From: Lingula anatina
Lineage: Eukaryota; Animalia; Brachiopoda
Direction of reading: 5' to 3'
Assembly (NCBI GenBank): GCA_051362555.1
Contig: CM120649.1
Span: forward strand, 2,790,001-2,854,000
Length of the DNA stretch: 64,000 nt
This document shows positions 25,806 to 37,700 of this stretch, in pieces. The notes under the pieces are model-generated. The model was given only the letters and a program-made list of their open reading frames with translations, had not been told where the DNA came from and did not search any database. Within the stretch, counting starts at the first letter, position 1; each line of letters begins with the position of its first letter. Position numbers and translations under genes: made by a program.

Positions 25806-27428
25806 TACTGGTAATGCCCTCACTTTCCCTTTCCTCCAAATTGTGTAATATGATACACACGTATCCAAAACAGTTCACAGATAACGATGTGTAAAGTTTA
25901 CATTTGTAAGCCGGTGTAACGACACTGAGGGGCGGAGTAACAGTCTGCCTTCCGCATAGTTATTATGGTTAGGGTTAGTTTGACCTAAGTGGATCAAAAT
26001 CTAGGGCGAGGCTTATCTGTGCAAATGAATGGGAAGCAGGCTCGCTATCATGGGGGACTCTCTGTCACGTTACACCGTTTTGGTGAGGGTTTCATTTATT
26101 TTTTTTGGAGGGAGGTTGGGGTAGTGATGGGGAAAAATCTTAATTCATATCTCCGGCGAGTTAAAAATCACGAATAAGCGGGTATAATGACTCGTTTTAC
26201 GGAGGAAGAGGAATCAAAAGCCGCGTTCACGACTCACGGGGATTGGATGCTTCGCATGCATCTCGGGAAATAAAAACGGGCTTTCATGGGTAACGAAATG
26301 GGATTTTCCTTAGTGGATCTAGGTCATGACATTTTTGTGAGTCTGAAATGTATACTTTGCGACTTCAAGAACGTTTAAAAATTCGTTTAAAAAATCTTAC
26401 AAAGTTACTCTTTATCCAAATTCAAACCTCCAGAAAGATTAAAATGAAAAAAGAGATGATAATCACTCTTTATAATCTACAACAAAAACAGTTTTAAAGA
26501 TAGTAATTTCCTTCCTTGGTATTTAAGAGATAATTTTACATTTTTTTCTGCTATGACATTGAATGATTTTAACATAATTTGACTGATACTAGAATTTTTT
26601 TTTGCGTCTCTATTTCATCAAGAATGTTATACACGTACAGTCTTGGCTATTTGGAAGAACGCAAAATTCCTATTTGGTACTAGCGCTTTTATTAAACGTT
26701 AAATGAAATGCACGCTTATAAACTTACTGATGTACTTACAAATGTATTTATTTGCTAATTTGTTTTCTTTCAAAGTATATTAAGTTGAGATATGTTACTC
26801 CTACACTGTAGAACGTATTCGAGACCCATTTTTGTATAACAACCGTTGAATCAGCAGGGAATCTATTCCATGTGTGTTAGAGGATTAGACGGCAAGATTT
26901 TAAGTGGGTCACCATATTTGATCCACGGGCTAGTTTGTCCGCCGTTGTAAATGCGGCCAAATACAGGTACAGAGCCCGATTATGTCCCAATTTGGTGATC
27001 CTTTCCATGAATAGTACCTATCAAAATATTATGTACATAGTAAACAAACAACCTGCTATGTTATACACAAAGTTTTTATTTTGTTCTCATCCAGACTTAC
27101 ATGACAATTTCCACAATGACTTCTAAACCATTATCTTTCACTTGTCAACATCCCAGATATCTAAAACTACATAGATATGCTAGAAATAACCAAGATTTTA
27201 CTGAAACGCACAATAAATGTGAAAATAAACACGAAACAAATTGACTACAACGAAGGCAATTACAGAGCTATATGTTGCACCATGATTATCAGTTTGATTT
27301 TGAATTGTTATCGTATCCAGCAAAATATGCCATCAGCTGTCTTATGTTCTCAAAGTTACAATAATAGTTTATCATTATTATAGAAAAATGGATAACCTGT
27401 GGTCTCATTCCCTGATGGAGTCTTAGTA

Positions 27429-27683
27429 GACCCCGTTTCCACAGAAACCGTCTGTTTACAGCAATCGGTCCAACTCTGTGAAAACTCTCAGTGAGTGCAA
27501 TCAGCTTAACTGAATGACACACTCCTCCTGGGGATGAACACAATACAGAAAGAATGGTGATTAAACGAGTACGTTGGAAACAAGAGGAGGTGCACCATTC
27601 AGTTAAGCTGATCGCACTCAGCGAGCATCCCCACGGAGTTGGGTCGATCCATGTAGACCGATGGTGTCAGTGGGAATGGGGCC
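27429..27683. mobile_element. Palindromic MITE family, copies also near 37241-37498 and 46645-46898
   Basis: Inverted arms gtgcaatcagcttaactgaatg / cattcagttaagctgatcgcac and termini ..gggaatggggcc|TA. Confidence 0.75.
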
Positions 27684-27965
27684 TAAAACACTGAAAGATT
27701 GGAGTGGTACATGTAACATCTCTGAGTTAAGAAGTCGCTTGAAGAAACTATTATTGAAATCTCAACTTTAGTGTGATATTTTCTACCCTGACCATAGCTT
27801 GTTTGGTGCCATGCTTCACCACAGATTTCATTGCCCTGTCCCTGGAATTTGTATTTCTGGATCTGTGCAAAGAATCAAATGCCTGGCTGAAATTTCATGT
27901 GTGTGCCAATTTGTAAGACATCTGTGATATATTAGAACCACAACACTTTGTAGTGTGCATCATGA

Positions 27966-28110
27966 ACATGTCTGAGGACCATGATGGTTTTCATGACAAA
28001 TATGTCATGTCTGCAGACCATGATGGTTTTCATGACGAATATGTCATGTCTGCGGACCATGATGGTTTTCATGACGAATATGTCATGTCTGCGGACCATG
28101 ATGGTATTCT
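27966..28110. repeat. 39-bp minisatellite, about 3.5 units
   Basis: accatgatggttttcatgac(a/g)aatatgtcatgtctgc(a/g)g repeated in tandem. Confidence 0.95.
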
Positions 28111-30216
28111 TGATTGACAGCTCTCTATGGAAGGGGGGTGGGTTTCAGAAGGCATGGCTTCTCCAAACATATTTCACCAATATCTAGACAAATAGATAAA
28201 ACTGGAAAATTCTCATCTCTGTATGTATATCCAGCAACCAATAAAGCTGACATGATGCTGAAACCTTCATACAAAATTCTAACCTGTAAAATTCCTGAAC
28301 AGTCTATCAATTTCAATGATATATTACTCAATATGATAATGAGCTTAAATAAGATAAGGCTTAGCATGGATTTGAATGATTTTAAGCCAGGTATCTGACT
28401 ACAGTATACTGCCCCTATACCACCTTCACGTAAATGGGACATTTGCCTGTACCGAATCTGAAAACACCATTCCCGCCATGGGATAAAAAAAATGGTCTAC
28501 TTTGCATAACATAATATGCAAGGTCTTCTCACAAAAGTTTAAAGCACAAAGCTAATTAGTTTGATACTTATTTTACTTCAGAATTCCACCACACCCACTT
28601 TTACCCTTTTTTTTTAGGCAGAATCAAGCCTTAATATAATCATGATTGTATATGAATTAATGCCAGATTTTGGAGAATAAATATCTGCCATTTCCTAGTA
28701 CCCGTCTTTCAGTGACTAATTTAAATGTTCAGTTTATCCATCAGCTATGGTATAATATGGATTTCAGACTTCAATTGGTTTTATATATAAGTTATTACAT
28801 ACTGTATTTAAGACTCTATACTGGCAATTGTCTACATATAAGATACCCAACTTGTTGTGAAACTGAATATTAATCACTGTCATTTTACAAACAATTATAA
28901 CGGATATACATTAAACACTTATACTTAATATATTATATATATATACAATATTAGTAATATAGCTTTGGTTTACAGTAATTGCAACTGATATCTATGTTTG
29001 TATAACATGTTTGCAGTAGATATATAATTTTGCTTTTACAAGTTACCCATAAAGTGCACAACTGTGGCACAAAACTGTCAAAGAAGAGAGAAAAAACAAA
29101 ACAAAATATATCTCAAATATTTAGGCGACCACAATTGTTTCAGATCCTAAGTCATAACCTCAGCAACATCATGTCTTTTGCACTTTCTTTTTTACTGTTC
29201 AGCAAAAATCTGAGAGACAAAACAACATTGAACAAACTAAAACCTAGTTGGGCTTGGTTAAATATAATAGGAAACATATCATAAAGCTACAGAGATTCTT
29301 TTGACCTTGAACCTTTGACCTCCCAGTTAATATCCTTTTACCCCTGAGTGCCTTATTCCTGACCTAACAATCCCACTTGGGATGACCTTTAACTTTTGAC
29401 CTCTAACCTCATTGGCCATGCCATTTTCTCTTTGAGCACAGTATTTGGGCTTTAATAACTCTGAGATAATTCATAAATCCCTGTGAACTTTTCAAGTGTA
29501 TCATTCTAACCCTCCAATTCTGTCCATAACTTATTACAGATTCATATACATAAACATATTTCTCCTCAAAAACAACATAACATGATCTAATATTTCTAGC
29601 TGTTTCAGTGCAAATTGAATCCTAAACTTACAAATAAAGTAAGTTTGACGGGGATTACATGGACATTCATCTTCCCTAGGCTTGCAGAGATCATCTTTTA
29701 TTTATTTATTTTCAGTATCAAGGTCAAGGTCTAGTTGAAGGTCATTTTCCAAGGCCAAGATCTCAAACTTATAATTTCATGGCCAAAGTCAACATAAACT
29801 GTTCCCATTTGTATAGCACTTGTTTATAAAAGAAGTCAACATATTTTTTCTTTTTAGTCTTGTGAATCAATTGTCAATTACAGCTTTTTAGTAACTGATG
29901 AAATTAATATCATTTTCTACATAACTGAAATCACAATTTCTTTACAGAAATACCAAAACTCATATGCACATACCAAGTAAAAAAGGTTGATTTTTCAAAG
30001 TCTTAGTTTAAAACATTTTGAATTCTTAGTATAATGAACCATTCTATAATCTAATCATTCAATATTCTCAAATCTTAACGGTATAAAAACCTGACGAGCA
30101 AAACCAACAGTTGGTACTGGTGGAGTTCAAGTGAACCTGATTGTGTTAGATGTGTAAGTTGATTGTGTTGGTTGGGATGTTCAAGTGGATTGTAGTAGGT
30201 GAGAAAGTGATTGCAA

Positions 30217-30316
30217 TCAGGCCTCTGTGTCGTCCACATCCAGCCCTTTGAGTCGTAGCCGTGCAAAATCTTCAAAAATCAGGTCATCGTCTTTATCAGC
30301 ATAAATATCTTCCCCA
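30217..30316 (-). CDS. ARRB: Beta-arrestin terminal coding exon ([18 protein letters not shown])
   Basis: ctctctttcag|T..GCC TGA. Confidence 0.95.
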
Positions 30317-33300
30317 CTGAAAGAGAGGCAAATTAGAGCATTTAGCAAGAGATCCAAGTGATATAATTGGAATTGTGCATAAAACTATGTTTAAAACATT
30401 AAGAGATATTTTAAGTCCATTTTCACATAGAGAGTTTACTAAGCTTGGATTTAATACAGAAAGTTCATGTTTGCTTTGCACAAAATATTTACCATGTAAA
30501 AATCACTGAGCTAAAATAATGGGTCAATTCACAATTAACAATATAAATGAAAATCAAATAAATAAAATAAAATAATAGTCTTTTAAGACTGTGTTAACAT
30601 ATTTGTTATTGGCATGTTCGTTATTGGCATGTTTTGGTAGCTGATCCACCTGTGGTGAACTAATAGTACAGAACACTGGAACCCCTAGTGGGAATTAGAC
30701 ACCATGACAAAACATGAAATAATAATGACCAAAACATGACATGATCATGACCAAAACATGACATGATCATGACCAAAAGGTTTAACAGCACTTCTATTTC
30801 CGTCAGTTTGTCTGTTCCTCAATGCCAAAAATAAATAACTTTTGAATGTTAAAAAAAAATTTGTAACCAGTGTAATATTTAAATGAGCAATATAAAATAT
30901 GCAAGCAGTTTTCTACTGAAATGGGTTTACCTCAAAGGGCTATAAGAATAATACCCTGGCAATTTGCTCAGCATGCTTGCATGCAAATTTAGCTAAGTGA
31001 AAAATGAAAGCAAGTTACTTCTGATGGAAACTACTTCACCAGTTCAATCTCGATTTTCTAGGTGCACACTTATAAACCTGGGCTCCGTATCTCGAAAGGT
31101 TCGCTATGTTGCTCACGTGCGCAAGTATCTCTATTCCATGGCCCCGTATCTCAAAATAGAATCGGTTATGGAATCCAGACACTAACGCACGTACGCAACA
31201 TAGCGAACCTTTCGAGATACGGAGCCCAGCAGCATGCTTTTTGAGCTGTGTGCATTTGTCATTCACAAAGAAAAGTAAATGTATTGAGGTGAGGTAAAAT
31301 ATATGAATCTTCTCATGCTAATAATTGCAGTTTTAGGGTGCCTTCCCAGAGATTTAGATCGATCTGAAGATTAAGATTTAGATCGACCTAACTCCCTGGG
31401 GGTTCACGCTAAATTGCAGTCAGCCAAGCGGGCACCATAGTTAATTACCCCCTTACAGCTTTTAGTAGGCGGGACAGACGCTTAAGCCGGCCAAGCTGAC
31501 AGTAATCTAGTGAGAATCCCCACAGGGATAGATCGATCTAAAAATCTATGGAAATGGGGTGTTACACAATGTGGGGACAATAACATACAAATCCCTGCAC
31601 CATTCAAATAACAAGTTGTCTTTTTTTTAAAATTCAATTGTAAGGAAAATTTTTTAACTATTTAAAAAATTTTGCCAAATTTCCACAAATATTTGCCTCA
31701 TCATGCACTTTTCTGTGAAGTGCAGAAAGTATTCCATAAGTGCATGATTCATTTCAGGAAATATTTTAAAGCAGTCTCGTTAATGTAAAAATTTACTTTT
31801 TATGAGTTACTGATTTTCCTTATTGTCCTCGTCCTGCTGTTTTTGTCTGCACAAATGTGACATTATCCATTACTAACACAAGATATTCTACAGTCAGAAG
31901 ATATTCTACACTCAAAAACCTAAACTGGTCACAGTCTCAGACCCATCATATCAACCACCCACAAATATCACAATAACAGAGTGCTTATCACGACGAAGAC
32001 ATATTACTTGCATCCACTTCTGATTACTATAAGTACTCGATCTTTTCAATAGGAGAAAATTGACAATTTTACAGGCACTATATTTCTAAACCATAATTTC
32101 TTAAAATTAAAACATGCCTATTGAGTGATATTAAAAAATTAAAAAGCAGGCTACTCTATAGTTCTTTCCTATGCAGTTAAAAGCACCACAAATGCTATAC
32201 AGAATTATAATTGTGTGATTAGAAAATTATGTATCTGAAAGTTTGACAGTTTTGGTCCTTTGAAAAGGTCGAGTAATTTCCACATTTCTCTAAGAAGATG
32301 ACCAATGTCCACTTACTTTGTGTCCAGCTGAATAAGATTAGTGTCTATTGGAGCGTCTCCAGATGAAGGCGCGATGCTTGCTGACCTACTGGGAGGGGGT
32401 GGCTCCTCTACTGGCTTGGGGTGGGTCAAGGTGAAGGGCAATTCCACAGCAAGGTCACTGAAAGTAGGTCAAGGTTATCCTATGAAAGTAGGTCATGTCG
32501 TTTTATGAAATTAAATCAATGCTAGTTGGTGAAGGTAAATCAAGGATGGTTAGTTGATGCTAAATTAAATCAAAGCCAATATTTGTAATGTATGAACTGT
32601 TACTTATCATTGTGAGCAATCTATAATTTCAGTCTTTTATTAAATAACTTGATAAACTTCAAACAATGCTCTAGTGCTAGCTGCTTTATTTTGATGCACA
32701 AACATTTTCTCCCTGTGCTTTCAAACTTGCTTTCTGGTGCAAAGAACAGTACTAAATTTTGAAGATATGCATTCATTTTTTTTTTTTTTTTTTACCTCAA
32801 ACTATAAAATTTTTATAAACATAGGATGCTGCTTTTTTAGTGAAAAACAAATTGCCAGAGACTTCTTCCAATCTGGTGTTGAATCTTAAAAACTGCACAA
32901 AACATGCTGTGGGCATGGCGGATTACAGTTTTCCTCCTCCCACCCCCTCACAAATATACCCATTGCAAAACTAAAGTGTAACACCTCTATATGCAGGCAC
33001 TTGATCATTTGTAATGCTGATAGTCTTAGACAAAATATTCCCATCACAGGCCTCGTTCACAACCAGTTGATACTCGGATTAGCTAGTCCGCAGGTCAAAT
33101 ATGGCATGACCCACTTGCGTGCTGAGATTTCATTGTCCCACCTCTGTTGGGACAACGCACGTGGGAGGTGGAGAATCCATTTTCAAGTGCATGCCATATT
33201 TGATCTGGGTCCTAGTTAGTCACACAGATCAAGTGGTTTTGAACGGGGCCATGTAGCACAGTCTTATGCAAATGTGAAAATGGATAATTTATTTCTCAAA

Positions 33301-34693
33301 AGTAAAAAGTGAGCATGAAATCAATGTGTTTTTCTTGATATGGTGATGATAACAAGGGCGGACAGAGGCCTTCTTCTGGGTCTTCCAGAAGATAGTCATA
33401 TTTTTTCAAGTTAAGACTGACAGGCATCTAATTTTTCTGTCAGAAGACAGTCAAAAAATATCTCTCGATCTGCCCCTGGATAAGAAACACAATGAAAATT
33501 GCATCAATCTAAATCTGAAGTTTCCGTCGAACATAAAACTGAAATAAAAAAGATGATGACAAGGTAACCCCTTGGTTGCAGTGCAGGATTCTTTGCAGGG
33601 AGCATTGAAATAAATAACGCAGCCAAAATTTACCTTGCATTGCTTCCACCTCCCATACAACCACTGTAAGCACATATAGAAAACACAGACAGAAGTGCCT
33701 TAGGAGTCACATTTACCACAATGGGGCCATTCAGAATGGATGATCCGAGTACTAACTGATCTGCCAACTAAATATGGCCAACCCTACTTCCAAAGCGATA
33801 CCGCTAATTCCATAATGGTCTTCCCGATCTAAACCTGCTGTCGCTGCAGGGGCCTAGCATTAAAACCTCTGAGCCAAGATTTAAGCTGTTTAATGGTGCG
33901 TGTGGAGCCAGGAGACCATCGAGAATCAGCAGCATCCCTTTTGAAGTAGGGTCAGCCATATATAGTCGGTGGCTCAGTTAGTACTTGGATCGTCTATTCT
34001 GAATGGCCCTATTGTATTGGATGTGACAATAATGTCAATGGCCCCATTCAGAATAGGGGACTAACTGGTCTCAGAGTTAAATATGGCGGCCCACTACAAA
34101 GCTTGCTGTCTAATCCACTAATAGACACTGAATAGATATCCCGTAGGAAAGCACTCAAGTGGGTCGGCCATATATGACCCTCAAACTAGTTAGTCCACTG
34201 TTCTAAATGCAGCCAATGTGTGAGTTAGACTGGACAACTACGATCTACTGATTGTGGCAATTACGGGAATGTGTTGAGTGTGAGAGCTACAACAAAGATT
34301 ACACAAGAGGGACTACAGTAACAACAATAGAGGCAGAAACATGTAATTATTCTGTGTAAGTCATACCCCAGTACTTACCCAGATCCAAACCCAAGGATGA
34401 GTCTGACTTTCACTTTATACTGCACTATAATCCCCAAGTTTTCCTTCTGACTAGGATCTGTAATACTAGAATATAAAACATAAATATAATATAATATAAT
34501 ATAATATAATATAATATAATATAATATAATATAATATAATATAAACCCTGCATACATAGGACAACTTAAAACTAGAAAATCTGATCCAAGTTTTCACCCT
34601 GTCTAAAATATTGAAATTATCAAGTTTACACATCAATAAAGAGCATGTAATGATATGTATAATGTCAAAATTTCAGGTCATGCAAAAAAAAAA

Positions 34694-34736
<43 letters not shown>

Positions 34737-37700
34737 GGTAACAATAATTAGAATTACAATAAAATAATCTTCCTGTTAACTTACATAGTGGACGAGGCCA
34801 AATTTGTGTCCTCGTGTTTCAACTTTCCGTCCAGCGCCAGACCGCGTTTGTCTCGGTTGTTGGCCAGGAGTGGCGTTAGATAAAACACCTTACAGAACCC
34901 TGTCTGACTGGGCTGAATGGGAAAACCATCCCTGGGTGGAGAAAGTTGAATTGTCCGTAAGGCAAATTTTGACCAGGTATTACTTGTCTCAAGCTTAACA
35001 TTTAATAGTTATTTTTTTACCTAACTACTGGTATCTATAGGTAAAATAATGAGCTCATGAATAATTACGATTTTAGGAAATGTAAAATTTAAAAAAATAA
35101 AATTTGAATATTTGAAACAAAAAATATAGAAAAGATTTGTTATATCAGGTGACAAGTTTGCCACATACATGAAAATCTATATTTATATACAATTTTTTCT
35201 TACAAGAGATCAATGCTAATGTTCAATTGAAAGATTCCTATTTTTCTTCCATTAACCTTCACCCATAAAATCTATTCCAAGCTTAAATATATAAATAAAG
35301 GTACAATAATGTGGTTCATGGTCTTGTTAACCCATTTCACAATGTCAGTAATATTTACCCACTAAACCACACTCTTTTTGACAATGTAAGTATATGTAAC
35401 AGTATGTGGCAGCACTATATATCTTCCTCTTAAGTACCAGTTCAGCACTAACCCTAAAAACCCCCATCACTGACAAAATAAATCAACCAGAAAAAAAAAA
35501 TAAGAGGAAATTCAAGCAACTAGCAATCAGATGCAGCACACAACAAAAATAGGACATATACAATATATATAACATCTATAATGTCCTGGAAGTTATGTGT
35601 ATTCCATGTTTGCAAGTGAAAAAAAAAAGCAAGTGGGTAGTTGACAAGAAAGCGATCTGATGAAATGCCTCAAAAGTGATGGTGATGTTTTCTCCAAGCA
35701 ATCTTTTTTCCTGAAACCTTCAGTTCTATATGGTACAAAAATAAATGAACATATACCAGTCATGTCATGTACAAAAATACCAAATATTTGCTGCGACTTT
35801 GTACTGATCCAAAAAGAATAAATGACACTCATTTTATAAGAAACCATGACAAAAGACGTCTGTTATATAATGTTGCCATGGTGACCACACTGTTCCAATA
35901 GTATTGCTATGGTGTCCACCCTCTCCAAGTTATGTCACCATAGTGATTACTCTATTCTGACACTGTAACTATGGTGATTATCACACCCAGTAGCACTGCC
36001 ATAGTGATCAGCCTCTCCCAATTAATAGCACCTTTCTTAAGGCAAATATAGAGCACAGCAAACAAAGACACATGCAAAGTAGAATATGTTTGCAAAATGG
36101 TTCAAACTTTGCTGAGGCTGTTTCTGGTAATGTTTCTGAAGATGTTTTTGTACAAAAAAATATGCAGTCAAAACACAATTAGTCAAATATGCAGTCAAAA
36201 CAAAAACAGGACATTCTTTAATTGTTGAAGAAGACCATGTCACAAATAATTTTCAAGGTTGATCAAAACAGATTGAGGTATTTTGCAATTAAATGTTAAT
36301 TTCAGTCTAGAATGATGAGATAATATCCCAGACAAATACCTTGCAAAGCTCTATTACACCAAAAATTAGTATACAAACAAATGTTCATCTTCACCCACTA
36401 TCTAAATCAAATTTTCATGCCAGTTGAAGGATTGCCAACGTCACAGGAATAATTCATCACCATTTTGATGACTAATTTTTTTTTGTTTTCAGTTGTTTTC
36501 AGCCAAATTAAGTTTTATGATGCTTGATAAGCGAAATCCCTAGTCTTACACATTTTAATGTATCTGACTATAAAAATATAAAGCAACATCCATTACACAT
36601 CGAGGCTTTGATAAATATGTCAAAGAATTTTATTTTGGTAAACAGAATTTAAGGAATATTCTAATAAATATACTGTCCTAAATGATCAGAAAAGACTAAG
36701 TCAGCACTCAGCATCAATGTGAAAGGAAATAATTGAAATTGGAATATTTTACATCAAAAATTCCCCCCTTATGTCTTCAATTTATTCTTCATGGTAATAA
36801 AAACAACAGAAATATGTCATGGTAATATTTAAATGAAAAATTGAAAACTATGATGTTGGCAACACTGCCAGCTGGCAACCACAACCATCGAAAAGAGTTC
36901 CAAGAATTTTGTCAAAATGAACAGATGTTCTAGCTTTATTAAGAACAGAAATAAAATAGTTTTTACTCACTGCACACGGAGAGGATAGAAAAAGAAAGAA
37001 AATGTTACAATATAATGGAAAATGTTATCTACATTTGCATTAATACTAAAACATAGATACTACATAAAAAGTATTAAGCAGAGAAATCAGTGGGACATTT
37101 TACTACTCAGTAGCAAAGATACTACGATAGTGCTTCTTGTATTGTCTTTCAATCCCTTTAGGTATTCACGTGAAAAAAAAACTAAATGGGGATAAAAAAG
37201 TAGGTGGTAATCAAGGAAAACTTGAGCAACAATTCAGTTAGACTGCATTCCCATAGACACCATCTGTCTAAGCATATCCATCCAACTCTGTGGGGACTTT
37301 CAACAAGTGCAATCAGCTAGGATGTATGACATGCCTCCTTTTGTGTCCAATGTACTCATATAATATCACCAGTTTTCTTTATTCAACTCAATGCCAGGAG
37401 AAAGCATGTAATTCAATTAAGCTGATAGCAGGCAAGGAGAGTCCCTGCAAATTTGGATTGATCTACATACACCAATAGTGTCCATGGGAATGAGGCCCAA
37501 GAATTTGACAAAAGATATCAAATTAATTGATAACCCCTCTTCCAATCTCTCATCCATTTTGCACAAGGTTTGTTTTACTTAAGTAATTGATTATAATTTC
37601 AAAAACGGCTCCCATTACCCTGGATATGAATATTTTCATGAATGAGCCTCCCATTCGGACTTCAAAATACTCCAGAAAATGGCAAAGACTTTCATCAACA

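Noticed and set aside
27966-28110. Regular repeats that could be mistaken for a CRISPR array or repeat protein (ORF 27981..28187)
   Set aside because: Contiguous 39-bp units with no unique spacers, in eukaryotic DNA: a minisatellite.
33451-33475. Strong acceptor followed by GRSRDIF*, a possible truncating terminal exon of arrestin
   Set aside because: It would delete the last beta-strand of the C-domain, and there is no supporting poly(A) signal or homology.
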